Source: Chiloscyllium plagiosum (taxonomy: Eukaryota). From it: 40,380 nucleotides of DNA. Under the pieces are notes generated by a model. That model was not told the DNA's origin. It saw only the letters and a list, made by a program, of their open reading frames with translations, and did no database searches. The position numbers and the translations under genes were made by a program. The stretch lies in NCBI RefSeq assembly GCF_004010195.1, contig NC_057754.1, forward strand, positions 10,305,182-10,345,561. Reading direction: 5' to 3'. This document shows, one piece after another, positions 10,838 through 23,380 of this stretch; position 1 is the first letter of the stretch; the number at the start of each line of letters is the position of its first letter.

Positions 10838-10931
10838 GCGCTGAAAATGTGTTGCTGGAAAAGCGCAGCAGGTCAGGCAGCATCCAGGGAACAGGAGAAT
10901 TGACGTTTCGGGCATAAGTCCTTCTTCAGGA
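10838..10931 (-). mobile_element. Single-arm hammerhead element
   Basis: Near-identical to 3144-3235. The minus strand reads CTGAAGAAGGACTTATGCCCGAAACGTC. 13-bp TSD AATGTGTACTTTA at 10825-10837 and 10932-10944. Confidence 0.8.
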
Positions 10932-11142
10932 AATGTGTACTTTAACCATGTTTAATGTTTTGTTCCTGTTTCTGCAAATTATGTCTAAATGAAGTTTCCA
11001 CTACTGCCCATTCCCCAGCTGTGTGTTGCTAATTTTATCAGATTTACCTACCCATTGTCATGAACTGTTTCCTTCACTGCAGTTAATTTCCCTTCTGCTT
11101 TTGATCTCTTGCAGAGAGTCAAATTCTCCACTACTTTTATTC

Positions 11143-11500
11143 CGCTGAGGGGTGACCTTATAGAGGTTTACAAAATTATGAGGGGCATGGATAGGATAAA
11201 TAGACAAAGTTTTTTCCCTGGGGTTGGGGAGTCCAGAACTAGAGGGCATAGTTTAGGGTAAGAGGGGATAGATATAAAAGAGACCTAAGGGGCAACTTTT
11301 TCACGCAGAGGGTGGTACGTGTATGGAATGAGCTGCCAGAGGATGTGGTGGTGGTTGGTACAATTGCAGAATTTAAGAGGCATTTGGATGGGTTTATGAA
11401 TAGGAAGGGTTTGGAGGGATATGGGCCGGGTGCTTGGTCGGCATGGACAGGCTGGACCGAAGGGTCTGTTTCCGTGCTGTACATCCCCATGACTCTATGA
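11143..11500 (+). mobile_element. HER1/CR1 3' fragment
   Basis: Near-identical to 707-1069, with an ATGACTCTATGA tail. Confidence 0.9.
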
Positions 11501-11648
11501 CACAATTATTACCTCACCTGCTAATTATTTCCAGTATTTTCTCTTTTCAATTTCCAGCATGTGCAGAATTTACAGAATGTAAGCAGTAGAATTTTGGATC
11601 ACCTCAAAATTACTGAGAGCTTGAATGTGTGAGACCAGCCAGGAGTGC

Positions 11649-11998
11649 AGAGTCATAGAAACCCTATAGTGTGGAAACAGGCCATTTGGTCCAACAAGTC
11701 CACACCAACCCTCCAAAGTGTATCCCACCCAGACCCATTCTCCTACCCTATTTCTCTACATTTACCCCTGATTAATGCACCTAACCTACAACATCCCTGA
11801 ACACTATGGGCAATTTAGCTTGGCCCACTCACCTAACCTGCACATCTTTGGACTGTGGGAGGAAACTGGAGCACCCAGAGGAACCCATGCCGACATGGGG
11901 AGAATTTGCAAACTCCACATAGACAGTTGCCCAAGGGTAGAATCAAATCCGGGTCCCTGTAAGCCAGCAGTGCTAGCCACTGAGCCACCATGCTGCCC
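11649..11998 (-). mobile_element. HE1 SINE
   Basis: Reverse complement of the 6971-type element. Confidence 0.88.
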
Positions 11999-11999
11999 A

Positions 12000-12300
12000 T
12001 AAGTCTAGAGATAAGAAGAGAATGGAGGAGGGTTTCAAAACCATATGAGGCAAGACTAGGAGTTGGTTGATATCTTTGAGGTGGTCTTGGTGATGATATG
12101 AATATACTGTCAAAACTTTATGTTGAGCATGGCATTATTGTTCTGACGGTCTGTTTCAGCATCACAGCTGCAGGAAAGAGGGATGGTATTGGCTACTAGG
12201 GTATGGGGTTTGGAACTGAAGACAGCTCCTTTCATCATTGGAGGATATTTCTATATGTCAGATGTCAGACAGGTCAGGAGGCTGTGAGATTTGGAAGGAA
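12000..12300 (-). mobile_element. Decayed L2 LINE fragment
   Basis: Similar to the L2 RT segment at 30930-31050. Confidence 0.45.
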
Positions 12301-12653
12301 TTCGGAAGTTACAGTGTCCACATAGGTCTCTAACCTTAGTCCTTCTAGATAGTGAAGGTTGAGAGTTTGGGAGATTCTGGGTAAGTTGTAAATATATGCA
12401 ATCTCTCTCCTTTGTCACTGTCCCTCTCACTTCTCTCTTTGCTTCATCCTATGGAGGCCAGATTCTTGTGCATGTTCAGATTGGGATGGCAGATTGCCTT
12501 CCTAATGAACCACATGTGGCAAGTTTCACAATAAATTTCGCTGATCCAACAAATTACCACATTCGTTCAGCTCAATGTCACAGCTTGCTTTTGTGATTTT
12601 GTGGGTGTTCTCTCATTCCTTTTTTTTCCCCTGATTTAAAACCATTTCAGAGG

Positions 12654-14300
12654 ATGCCAGAGGAGGAGAAATTACAGTCAGGGATCACAGATCCAGCAGC
12701 ACCTCAAAAAAATCTGATGGAGGCTTCCAAGTTATCTCAGTCAGAGTGTTGTTTGACTTTGAATGTGGAAGGAACGAGCACAGTTCACAGTGGTCCCTAC
12801 GTGTGTCCTGTGTGTGGACAAGGCTTCAGCCAATCATCTGGCCTGTTCAGGCACAAGTGCAGTGGCAGTGGGGAGAAGCCATCGAAATGTGGAGACTGTG
12901 GGACGGAATTCAGCAACCAATCTGAGCTGGAACTTCATCAACACAGTCACACTGAGGAGAGACCTTGGAAATGTGGGAGCTGCAATGAAGGTTTCAGATC
13001 CCTGACTGAGCTGGAAACCCATCGACACAGTCACACCGGGGACAGGCCATTCATGTGCTCTGAATGTGGGAAGGGATTCATTCGGTCATCCCACCTCACA
13101 ACCCACCAGCGGGTGCACACTGGGGAGAGACCTTTTAAATGCACAGAGTGTGGGAAGTGCTATAAATGTTCTGGGGAACTGCTGTCCCATCAACGTGTTC
13201 ACACTGAGGAGAGACCATTCAGATGTCCTCACTGTGGGAAGGGATTCAAGACATCATCTGAAGTCATTGTACACCAGAGAATTCATACTGGGGAGAGGCC
13301 GTTCACCTGCAGTGTGTGTGGGAAGGGATTCACTCGGTCATCCCACCTCACAATACACCATCGAGTCCACACTGAGGAGAGACCTTTTCAATGCCCAGAC
13401 TGCCGGAAGTGTTTTAAAAGTTCCAGGGAACTAATGCGTCATCGACGTGTTCACACTGATGAGAGACCGTTCAGGTGCACTCACTGTGGGACTGGGTTCA
13501 GACAATCATATCATCTGACTGAACACCAGCGAATTCACACTGGGGAGAGACCATTTAAATGTCCAGACTGTGGGAAGTTCTATAAAAGTTCTGGGGACCT
13601 AATGTCCCATCAACGTGTTCACACTGAGGAGAAACCATTCAGGTGCTCTCACTGTGGGGCTGGGTTCAAGCAATCGTCTCAACTCACTGTCCACCAGCGA
13701 ATTCATACTGGGGAGAGGCCGTTCACCTGCTCCATATGTGGGAAGGGATTCATTCGATCATCCCAACTCGTGACACACCAGCGAGTGCACACTGAAGAGA
13801 GACCTTTTAATTGTTCACTTTGCGGGAAATGTTTTAAAAGTTCTCAGGAAGTGATGACCCATCAACGTGTTCACACTGAGGAGAGACCTTTTAAATGCTC
13901 AGACTGTGGAAAGTGCTATAAAACATCTGGGGATCTGATGTCTCATCAACGTGTTCACACTTCTGAAAGACCGTTCAGGTGCTCTCACTGTGGGATTGGG
14001 TTCAAACATTCTTCTCACCTCACTGTACACCAGCGAATTCACACTGGGGAACGACCTTTTAAATGCCCAGATTGTGGAAAGTCCTATAAGAGTTCTGGCT
14101 ATCTGATGATCCATCAACGTGTTCACACTCAAGAGAGACCATTCAGATGCTCTCACTGCGGGACAGCATTCAAGCAGCCATCTCACCTCACTCTACACCA
14201 GCGAATTCACACTGGGGAGAGGCCTTTCACCTGCACTGAGTGTGGGAAGGGATTCACTCGGAAAGCCCTCTTGCTGAGTCACCAACGGGTTCACACGTAA
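12654..14300 (+). CDS. C2H2 zinc-finger protein, 548 aa: 17 canonical fingers plus one degenerate N-terminal finger
   Basis: Uninterrupted ORF of CxxC-x12-HxxxH repeats with TGERP/TEERP linkers. Splice acceptor TTTCAG at 12645-12650 lies 3 nt before the ATG, so an upstream coding exon cannot be excluded. Confidence 0.93.
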   Translation: MPEEEKLQSGITDPAAPQKNLMEASKLSQSECCLTLNVEGTSTVHSGPYVCPVCGQGFSQSSGLFRHKCSGSGEKPSKCGDCGTEFSNQSELELHQHSHTEERPWKCGSCNEGFRSLTELETHRHSHTGDRPFMCSECGKGFIRSSHLTTHQRVHTGERPFKCTECGKCYKCSGELLSHQRVHTEERPFRCPHCGKGFKTSSEVIVHQRIHTGERPFTCSVCGKGFTRSSHLTIHHRVHTEERPFQCPDCRKCFKSSRELMRHRRVHTDERPFRCTHCGTGFRQSYHLTEHQRIHTGERPFKCPDCGKFYKSSGDLMSHQRVHTEEKPFRCSHCGAGFKQSSQLTVHQRIHTGERPFTCSICGKGFIRSSQLVTHQRVHTEERPFNCSLCGKCFKSSQEVMTHQRVHTEERPFKCSDCGKCYKTSGDLMSHQRVHTSERPFRCSHCGIGFKHSSHLTVHQRIHTGERPFKCPDCGKSYKSSGYLMIHQRVHTQERPFRCSHCGTAFKQPSHLTLHQRIHTGERPFTCTECGKGFTRKALLLSHQRVHT

Positions 14301-14358
14301 CTATGAGAGTTGGAGTTTGTTGTTAGTTATATCCAGAACCAAACCATGTTCATTGGCT

Positions 14359-14405
14359 AATAAACCCATTTGAGTTGTTAATATTTTGGATAAAAATAAA
14401 ATAAA
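14359..14405 (+). other. Polyadenylation signals of the ZNF gene
   Basis: AATAAA at 14359-14364, 14395-14400 and 14400-14405. Confidence 0.6.
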
Positions 14406-14489
14406 GCAGCTTTGTAATTCAACGGAGATCGGCACATCTTTTCAATATCTCTGACTCATTTGCTCTGAGTGAGTTCATTTTGAAGAGCA

Positions 14490-15000
14490 ATTCCTCGTCT
14501 TCTCCATCCTACCAATAAGTGTGAGGTACTCATAGAGCTTCTTTACCACTGAGATTGAAACAATATGATCGGCTCTCTCTGCTGCTTCTCTCCCTCCCGC
14601 TAATCCACGGTAAAATTGCCCCTACAGATCCTCCCTGTCTGAACCTTGAACTATCGTCTTCCTTCAGTTTCTCTCTGATCTCCTGCTTTAATTAATCTCA
14701 TCATGTCCAGGAGACCCACCTCATAGTCTCTGAATTCTATTCCTACTAACCATTCAAGTTCTCCACGTTAGCTGATACTGTTAAGATTCTGTTCTATTTT
14801 GTGCCCCTCACCATGAAATCAATAACGTCACCCATTCTGAGAAAAACATTAATCCTTCACCACGCCATCTTAACAAGCTTCTGCCTGTTTTCCATATCCT
14901 TGCCCTCTCCAAAGTCCTTGAACTTGGTGTCCCTGAAGGCTGCTCTTCTTTCACATCACAATGAGGATGTGAAGTTCCTATCCCTGATCTACATGAGTGA
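14490..15000 (+). mobile_element. Decayed L2-like LINE fragment
   Basis: Pyrimidine-rich decayed ORF with residues resembling the pre-RT region (CCTGTTTTCCATATCCTTGCCCTCTCCAAAGTCCTTGAA). Confidence 0.5.
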
Positions 15001-15122
15001 ACCAGTTTGTGATTTTACAACACTCAATCACTATTCCCCAGTGCCAGCCCTACCAGATTTAATGACCATGGTTTCATAACCTGCCTTTGTTTTTATACAT
15101 TGTCTCATGCTCCTTTATTTTT

Positions 15123-15882
15123 AGAGTCATAGAGATGTACAGTTAGGAAACAGATCCTTCGGTCCACCTGTCCATGCCGACCAGATATCCTAACCTAATC
15201 TAGTCCCATTTGACAGCACTTGGCCCGTATCCCTCTAAACCCTTCGTATTCGTATACCCATCCAGATGCCTTTTAAATGCCGCAATTGTATCAGCCACCA
15301 CCACTTCCTCTGGCAGCTCATTCAATAAATGCATCACCCTCTGTGTGGAAAAGTTGCCCCTTATGTCTCTTTTATATCTTTCCCCCCTCATCCTTAACCT
15401 ATGCCGTCTAGTTCTGGACTCCCCCATCTTAGGGAAAAGACTTTGTCTACTTATCCTATCCATGCGCCTCATGATTTTATAAACCTCTATAAGGTTACCC
15501 CTCAGCCTCCAATGCTCCAGGGAAAACAACCCCAGCTCTCCCTTTAGCTCAACTCCTCCAACCCTGGCAACATCCTGGCAAATCTATTCTGAACCCTTCC
15601 AAGTTTCACAACATCCTTCCGATAGGAGGGAGATCAGAATTGCACACAGTATTCCAAAAGTGACTGAACCAATGTCCTAAACAGCCACAACATGACCTCC
15701 CAACTACTACATTCTGTCCAACAAAGAAAGCATACCAAATGCTTTCTTCACTATCCTATCTACCTGCAACTCTACTTTCAGGGAACATTAAACCTGCACT
15801 TCAAGGCCTCTTTGCTTCGCAACATGCCCCAAGACCTTACCATTCAGTGTAAAAATTCTGCTCTGATTTTCCTCTCCAAAAT
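15123..15882 (-). mobile_element. HER1/CR1 3' fragment
   Basis: Minus-strand ORF FSLEHWRLRGNLIEVYKIMR. Tail AGAGTCATAGAGATGTACAG. Confidence 0.9.
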
Positions 15883-15899
15883 GTCTGTCAGCTCCTCTG

Positions 15900-17070
15900 G
15901 ATTGTCCATCCACATCAATGATGTATTTGAAGTGTCGAGCCAGAATGACAGGACTGGAGGCCACCAGCAGCAGTGGGAGCTGCTGCTGGTCGCCCGGCTG
16001 CTCACTCTTTACCACTGGAGTGTACGTGTTAATTAGTCTCAGGGAAGCGTTTCTGTAGATAATGTCTGCTGTGAAGAGGCACCGATCCACCACCATCTTA
16101 ACTTCAGAGATGGTGAAGTTGCCTCATCACAGAATACCCAGACCAGAGGAGTGGCTATTGTTTCCCCATGATCAAATCAAAGGCCCAAAGGTCCATAAAT
16201 TTGACTATTTCCTGTAGCTTCTGAGGTGCAGTATCCCACACTCCTGCGGAAACAGGAAGTCTCCTTTGATGTTGGCCACATAAGCCACTGTGGAGACACA
16301 TTTTGTAGTAGATTTAATGCTACGCACATTAATACTAGGAATTTTAAAACCCTTTTTAAGAGTTCATAGAATTACCCAACGTCCATTCAGCTGCAGACTT
16401 GTTACTGGGGGAATCCCTGTGGTTTGGGCAAATTATTGGACGCTCTCGGTACTGAAGTAGCCACCTTGTTCCTCCATGGGCTGTGGGGATGGGTTGCCCT
16501 ACTCTGATATCGTCAAGGTGAGAATGAAGCCAGGAAGGTCCATTTCTGAGTTTGACAAAAGGATTGTTATGCACAGCTCCTGATTCAGAGTGTCACTGCT
16601 CCTGGTTACCTGCTGTAGTCATACCGGCATTTCCGGGTTTGGCGGGGGGGGGGGGTGCTCCTCTCCTCCCCTGTGGCGCTCTGCCTCTTTTTTTTTCTGT
16701 TGATTACCATCCCTCTGCACATCTTCGTCATCAGAGGAGCTACATGATGTATCCATCATGCAGCTTCCTCTTGCCATTTTGCTCTGGGGCTTTGGAGGCC
16801 TAATGTGTTTTTCTTTCTTGGTTATTTCTTACTGGTATCTATTCCCCTGCTTCTTTCACTTCCCCCTCCTCCACTGACTCTATCTGTTCAGATGGAGGTT
16901 GGGTCAGTTGTTGTGCTGCTGCGCTGGCTACCCCTCCCTCGTCTCTGGCTTGTCCATCCTTCTGGGTGCCCCTTGTATTAGGTTCTTGCTGAGGGGTGAC
17001 ACCTTACTGACAAGCGATCCTTCCTCCACCCTCTTCACCATCACCCCAAATGTACTGCGCATCTATAGCT
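15900..17070 (-). mobile_element. Tx1/L1-clade LINE remnant: end of ORF1 and APE endonuclease start of ORF2
   Basis: The minus strand translates to SINVRSIKSTTKCVSTVAYVANIKGDFLFPQECGI (APE N-terminal N and QE motifs) and LRLINTYTP. An upstream ORF stops at 16356. Confidence 0.65.
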
Positions 17071-17320
17071 AGGGTGTGGGCAATAGCAGAGGCCAGAGCT
17101 CTGGTTGGGAGGTCACCGAATTGACGTTACACTGAAGCCAGTATAAAGATCCACCAAGCTTAGCTCAGCCTCAGCTCAACCAATGATCTTGCATGTTCTG
17201 CTCCCAATCCAGCGCTGATCTCAAGGCCTTCCAATGGTGAAGGTTCTGAGCTCAGACCATGGATCTAGGTGTCTCCCCTACTGAGATGTGGTGTCCCTCA
17301 GGTTAAAGCACCACCAACTG

Positions 17321-17338
17321 TCTCTCTCTCTCTCTCTA
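17321..17338. repeat. (TC)n microsatellite
   Basis: Directly visible. Confidence 0.8.
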
Positions 17339-17599
17339 ATAAAAAACAATCCTATGGTCCAGAATGAGTGTGGCATCTTTCCCATTTAATGTGTAGCTCA
17401 GACTGGGAAAGATGCCATATATATTTGTGATATTATATCCCTGGGATGCCCAAAGAAATGTTTTATTCTCTATAATATGTATTACATATGTCAGTTGTCC
17501 TTGTGGGAGATAAGTAGAAAGATTGCTTGTACACTGAACAACAAATAGAGTTAAAATTTACAATGGTGGTAACAATGCAGAATTCCAAGTCCTGGTGAA

Positions 17600-17720
17600 C
17601 GTCCCCTATGCACAGAATTGCTTATCACTGCGCACACGCAGTATTTTCCCTAACCACAGTCTAGAGCATGCACAGTGACAGTGACCCTGAAGGTCAGCAG
17701 CTGTATTCTTCGGTTTCACA
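17600..17720. promoter_or_regulatory. Possible decayed NRF1-type promoter
   Basis: CTGCGCACACGCAG, GAGCATGCACAG and TATGCACAG look like CpG-decayed GCGCATGCGC motifs upstream of a ZNF-type exon start. Confidence 0.3.
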
Positions 17721-17876
17721 AAAGATTACAATGAGGCAGAATGGAGGGGGCAATGGACCAGGTGGTTCAACGGAAATGCTTTGTAAATAACTTGTGGTTG
17801 TGGTAGACCCCATATAAAGAAATTATCTGTCCCTGTTTCACAAAACAGGATGAATCAAGGCTTTCTTTCAACAATA

Positions 17877-18200
17877 GGAGTGGCAGGGTGGCTCAGTGGC
17901 TAGCACTGCTGCCTCACAGCACCAGGGACCCGAGTTCAATCCCAATCACGGGCGATTGTCTGTGCTGATTTTACACGTTCTCCCTGTGTGTGCGTGGGTT
18001 TCCTCCCACAATCCAAAGATGTGCAGTTGAGTGAATTGACCATGCTACGTTGCCCCAGTGTTCAGGGATGTGTAGGTTAGGTGCATTAGTCAGGGATAAA
18101 TGTAGAGTAATAAGGTAGGGGTCTGGGTGAGTTCCTCTTCAGAGGGTGGGTGTGGACTTGTTGGGCCGAAGGGCCTGTTTCCACACTATACAGATTCTAC
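17877..18200 (+). mobile_element. HE1 SINE
   Basis: A box TGGCTCAGTGG, B box AGTTCAATCCC, and GGGCCGAAGGGCCTGTTTCC 3' end. Confidence 0.88.
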
Positions 18201-18379
18201 GAATAGGCTCTGGATAACGGCTGCCACCTTTATAAGGAGCAAAGGGCAACAAGGCACATGTGCGGTCATCCTAGGCTAGGGGAGAGAATGTTGTGAATGT
18301 TTCCCCTGGACTGACAAGGATGGAGTATATAAACTCCTTTTATAAAGAGTGAGGAGGGGAGGAATTACATACAGCAAAC

Positions 18380-18572
18380 TCCACATAACAAAAATATTTG
18401 TCTTTTCTGAATTTCTGCCCCGGACTGTTTGAGATGGCATTTGTAAACTTATTTTACTGTGTGTTAGGAGTTGCAGATGGGAAAATCAAACCAAAAACAT
18501 ACCAAGATCTGAGTGTGCCACTTCATTCATTATTCATTCAGCACTGGATATTATTGGCCTTTGAATGTAGGT
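18380..18572 (+). pseudogene. Isolated ZNF-type exon leader without fingers
   Basis: TGTTAG acceptor, then GCAGATGGGAAAATCAAACCAA...AAGATCTGAG...CCTTTGAATGTAG, similar to the pre-finger leaders at 378-490 and 12651-12770. Confidence 0.4.
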
Positions 18573-18832
18573 ATTGACTAACATAAAAGTAACATAAAAT
18601 TCCTTCATTACATCTGCCAGTAGCTTTTGCCCAACATCTTAAATCTGTGTCCTTAATACTGTTAGTATCAGCTGCACTTTATCTACCTTATCTCAACCTA
18701 CCAACCTTTGTCAAATCTCATCTCAATCTCCTTTGCTCTGTGCAGAACAACTTCAGTTTCTCCAACCCAACCTTACAATTAATATCACTCATTCCTTGAA
18801 TCATTCTGAGAAATGTATTTTTAAATCTCCTC

Positions 18833-21800
18833 ACAGATAGAAAGGGGGGCAGGAGAGGAGGGGTGGGGTGGAGTTTTTGATAAGGGATAGCATTACTGCT
18901 GTACTTAGGGAGGATATTCCTGGGAATACATCCAAGGAAGTTATTTGAGTGTAACTGAGAAATAAGAAAGGGATGATGACCTTGTTGGGATTGTATTATA
19001 GACCTCCTAATAGTCAACAGAAAATTGAGAAAGAAATTTGTTAAGGAGATTTCAGTTATCTATAAGAATAATAGGGTAGTTATGGTAAGGGATTTTAACT
19101 TTCCAAACACAAACTGGAACTGCCATAGTGTTACAGGCTAATATGGAGAGGAAGTTTTAAGTGTACAATAAGATTTTCTGATTGTACATGGATATACGTA
19201 ATGGATATACGTAATATAGAAGGTGCAAAACGTGACCTACTCTTGGGAAATAAGGCAGGGCAGGTGATTGAGGTGTCAGTGAAGGAGCACTTTAGTTTGA
19301 AAATAGTGATGGAAAAGGATAAACTGGATCTAAAAGTTGAAGAAGGCCAATTTTGACAGTATTAGACAACAATTTTTGATTGAGGGCAGATGTTCGCAGG
19401 TAACAGCTGGAAAATGGGAAGGCTTCAAAAATTAGATAAGAGAGTCCAGACACAGTATATCCTGTTAGGGTGAAAGATAAGGCTGGTAGGTCTACGGAAT
19501 GTTGGATGACTAGAGAAATTGAGGTTTTGGTTAAGAAAAAGAAGGAAGCATATGTCAGGTATAGACAGGAGAGATTGAATGAATCCTTAGAATAGTATAA
19601 AGGCACGAGGAGTATACTTAAGAGAGAAATCAGGAGTGCAAAAAGGAGACATAAAGTAGCTTTGGCAAACATGGTTAAGGAGAATCCAAAAGGATTTTAT
19701 ATATGCATTAAGGACAAAAGGGTAACTAGGGACAAAATAGGGCCCCTCAAAGATCAGTAAGACAGCCCATGTGTGCAGTGGCAGGAGATAGCAGATACTA
19801 AACAAGTATTTTGCAAAAGTGTTTACTGTGGAGAAGGGGTTGGAGGATACAGAATTGAATTGAATTTATTGTCACTTGTACCGAGGCACGGTGAAAAGCT
19901 TTGTCTTGCAAGCAATAAAGGCAGATCACAAAGTTAAGTAGCATAGATAGTAAATAGTAGGTAAATAGCGGCAAAAACAAAAACACAAATACAGGCGAAT
20001 GTTAAGAGTTTGTGAGTCCATTCAATATTCTAACAACAGTAGGGCAGAAACTGTTACAAAATCATCTGGTGCATGTGTTCAGGCTTCTGTACCTTCTCCC
20101 TGATGGTAGAGGTTGTAGAGAAACATTGCCAGGGTGGGATGGATCTTTGAGAATGCTGGCGGCCTTTCCTTGACAGCGATCCTGGTAGATGGATTCTATT
20201 AGATGGGAGGTTGGCCTTTGTGATTGTCTCTGATCTTGAATGGTACAGTTGCCATACCAGGTAGTGATATATCCAGACAGAATGCTCTCGATGGCACACC
20301 TATAAAAGTTGGCAAGGGTATTCACCGTCATGCCTAATTTCCTCAGCTGCCTGAGGAAGAAGAGACGTTGTTGGGCCTTTGTAACCAGTGCGTCCACATG
20401 AAGAGTCCAAGAAAGTTTGTTGTGGATGACCACTCCCAGGAGCTTGACATTCTCCACTCGTTCCACCTCTGTGCTTTTAATGTATAGGGGGGGGCATGAG
20501 TAACATCCCACCGAAAGTCAATAATGGGTTCCTTGGTTTTGCTGGTATTGAGAGCTAGGTTGTTCTCAGTGCACCATTCTTCCAGGTCTTCCACCTTCTG
20601 TTTGTAGTCTGTTTCATTGCCATCTGAGATTTGACCGACTATGGTGGTGTCATCAGCAAACCTGTAAATGGCATTAGTCTGGTATTTGGTGACACAGTCA
20701 TGGGTACAGTAGGGGGCTGAGTACGTACCCTTGGGGGGCTCCAGTGTTGAGTGTTAGTGAGGGTGAAATATTGTTCCCAATATTCACTGATTGTGGACTA
20801 TGGGTCAGGAAACTGAGGATCTGGTAGCAGAGAGTGGGGCTTAGTCCGAGATCACTAAGTTTAGAAATCAGTCTTGAGGGGATAATAGTGTTGAAGGCTG
20901 AACTGTAGTCAATGGGTAGGATTCTTACATAGCAGCTCTTGGTGTCAAGATGTTCCAGGGAGGAGAGAAAGGCAAATGATGTGGCATCTGACATGGATCT
21001 GTTGGTCCGATAGGCACATTGGAGTGGGTCAAGAGTAGTGGGGAGGCTGGAGTTGATTAATGCCATGACCAGCCTTTCAAAGCACTTCATGACCACCGAG
21101 GTTAGGGCCACTGGGTGGTAGTCATTGAGACATGCTGCATGAGTCTTCTTAGACACAAAGATGATGTTGGCCCTCTTGAAACAGGCAGGGCCAGTGGCCT
21201 ACTGCACGAAGAGGTTGAAGATGTCCGAGAGGACCTCTGCCAGTTGGTCTGCGCATGCCCTGAGTGCACGGCCTGGTACTCCATCTGGTCCCAATGCTTT
21301 CCTTGGATTCATACGAAGGAAAATTGATCTGACCTCTGATGCAGTGACTGTTGGGATAGGTTTGTCAGGACTTGTGTTACCTCCCCGCCGAAACTGGGGG
21401 GGAAATAGATGTTGGGAAATAAATGGTGACACCTTGAAACACACCCATATTACAGGAGGAGGTGCTGAATGTGTTGAAACACATAAAAGTGGATAAATGC
21501 CCCAAACCTGATCAGGTGTGTCTCAGAACTCTGTGGAAAGCTAGGGAAGTGATTGCTGGGCCCCTTGCTGAGATATTTGTATCATCAATCATCACAGGTG
21601 AGGTGCCAAAAGACTGGAGGTTGGCTAACGTGGTGACGCAATTGAAGAACGGTGGTAAGGAAAAGCCAGGGAACTATAGACCAGTGAGCCTGACGTCAGT
21701 GATGGGCAAGTTGTTGGAGGGAATCCTGAGGGACAGGATGTACATGTATTTGGAAAGGCAAGGACTGATTAAGGATAGTCAGCATGGCTTTGTGCGTGGG

Positions 21801-23035
21801 AAATCATATCTCAGAAACTTGTTTGAGTTTTTCGAAGAAGTAACAAAGAGGACTGATGAGGGCAGAGCGGTAGACGTTGATCTATATGGGCTTCAGTAAG
21901 GCATTTGATAAGGTATCTCATGGGAGACTGGTTAGCAAGGTTAGATCTCACGGAATACAGGGAGAACTAGCCACATGGATACACAACTGGCTCGAAGGTA
22001 GAAGACAGAGGGTGGTAGTGGAGGTTGTTTTTCCGACTGGAGGCCTGTAACCAGTGGTGTGCCACGAAGATCGCTGCTGGGTCCATTGCCTTTCAACATT
22101 TATATAAATGATTTGGATGTGAACATAGGAGGTATAGTTCATGAGTTTGCAGATGACACCAAAATTGGAAGTGTAGTGGACAGCAAAAAAGTTTACCTCA
22201 GAGTACAACGGGATCTTGATCAGATGGGCCAATGGGATGAGAAGTGGCAGATGGAGTTTAATTGCTGCATTTTGGAAAAGCAAATCAGTGCAGGGCTTAT
22301 ACACTTAATGGTAAGGTCCTGGGGAGTGTTACTGAACAAAGAGACCTTGGAGTGCAGGCTCATTGCTCCTTGAAAGTGGAGTTACAGGCAGATAGGATAG
22401 TGAAGAAGGCATTTGGTATGCTTTCCTTTATTGGTCAGACCATTGAGTATTGGAGTTGGGAGGTCATGTTGCAGCTGTACAGGACATTGGTTAGGCCACT
22501 TTTGGAATATCGCATGCAATTCTCGTCTACTTCCTTTCAGAAGGATGTTGTGAAACTTGAAAGGGTTCAGAAAAGATTTATAAGGATGTTGCCAGGGTTG
22601 GAGGATTTGAGCTATCAGGAGAGGCTGAATAGGCTGGGGATGTTTTCCCTGGAGCATTGGAGGGTGAGGGTGATCTTATAGAGGTTTATAAAATCATGAG
22701 GACTATGGATAGGATAAACAGACAAGATCGTTTCCCTGAGGTGGGGAGTCCAGAACTAGAGAGCATAGGTTTGGATTAAAGGGAAAAGATATAAAAGGGA
22801 CATAAGGGGCAACTTTTTCACACAGATGGTGGTGCGTGTACAGAATGAGCTGCCAGAGGAAGTGGTCGAGACTGGTACAATTGCAGTTTAAAAGGCATCT
22901 AGATGGGGATATGAATAGGAAGGGTTTGGAGGGATATGGGCCAGGTCAAATGGGATTAGATTCATTTAGGATATCTGGTCAGCATGGACAAGTTGGACTG
23001 AAGGGTCTGTTTCTGTGCTGTGCATCTCTCTGAGT
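18833..23035 (+). mobile_element. HER1/CR1 LINE ORF2 (endonuclease and RT), disrupted, with a nested Rex1/Babar LINE
   Basis: YYRPPNS- and GDFNFP-like codons at ~18990-19105; PGNYRPVSLTSVMGKLLEGIL, SQHGFVRGKS, LGPLPFNIYINDLD and FADDTK; HER1 3' end at ~22990-23035. Confidence 0.9.
19851..21380 (-). mobile_element. Rex1/Babar-clade LINE, 5'-truncated, nested antisense in HER1
   Basis: KALGPDGVPGRALRACADQLAEV, LNDYHPVALTSVVMKCFERLV, DYSSAFNTI, TGAPQG, FADDTT and KAQQRLFFLRQLRK. (AATTC)n tail at 19851-19866. Confidence 0.85.
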
Positions 23036-23380
23036 CTACAAGAACTTCACATTCTTCATGGTGATCACTTGTTTGTGCAGACTCAAATATTCTGTGTTCG
23101 TGTGGGTGATGTTATCACACGCAGACTCAGTAACACTGATTCCTGGTTATTTCCTCAACTGGGAGAGTGTCCTCTGACCTCAGTGCTTCTGATTTCTTTC
23201 AAGCTGCAGACTCCGCCATTTGATTTTAAAGTTGAAGACAATGAAATTATTTCTGTATTTTGAACAAGTAGCCTACATGATTTAGCTTCTAGTGCTGTTC
23301 TCCATTATTTGTGAAAACTTGACATGGCTCTGGGGCTGGTGTGTCCCCTTAACTGTGGATCTGAATCAATGTCCATCTAC

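Noticed and set aside
12654..12800. KRAB, SCAN or BTB domain, or a specific ZNF gene symbol
   Set aside because: No such motif occurs in the 48-aa leader, and orthology cannot be assigned by eye.
12763..14186. Alternative-frame and antisense ORFs over the ZNF
   Set aside because: Typical shadows of repetitive finger codons.
12900..14297. 84-bp periodic repeats as a CRISPR or satellite array
   Set aside because: These are zinc-finger codons, and the context is eukaryotic.
15963..15990. 11-bp inverted repeat ACCAGCAGCAG/CTGCTGCTGGT
   Set aside because: Explained by CAG/CTG codons in the LINE endonuclease frame.
16644..16655. Poly-G run as a G-quadruplex element
   Set aside because: An isolated homopolymer inside a LINE remnant.
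19188..19213. 13-bp tandem duplication ATGGATATACGTA
   Set aside because: Local slippage in a dead LINE.
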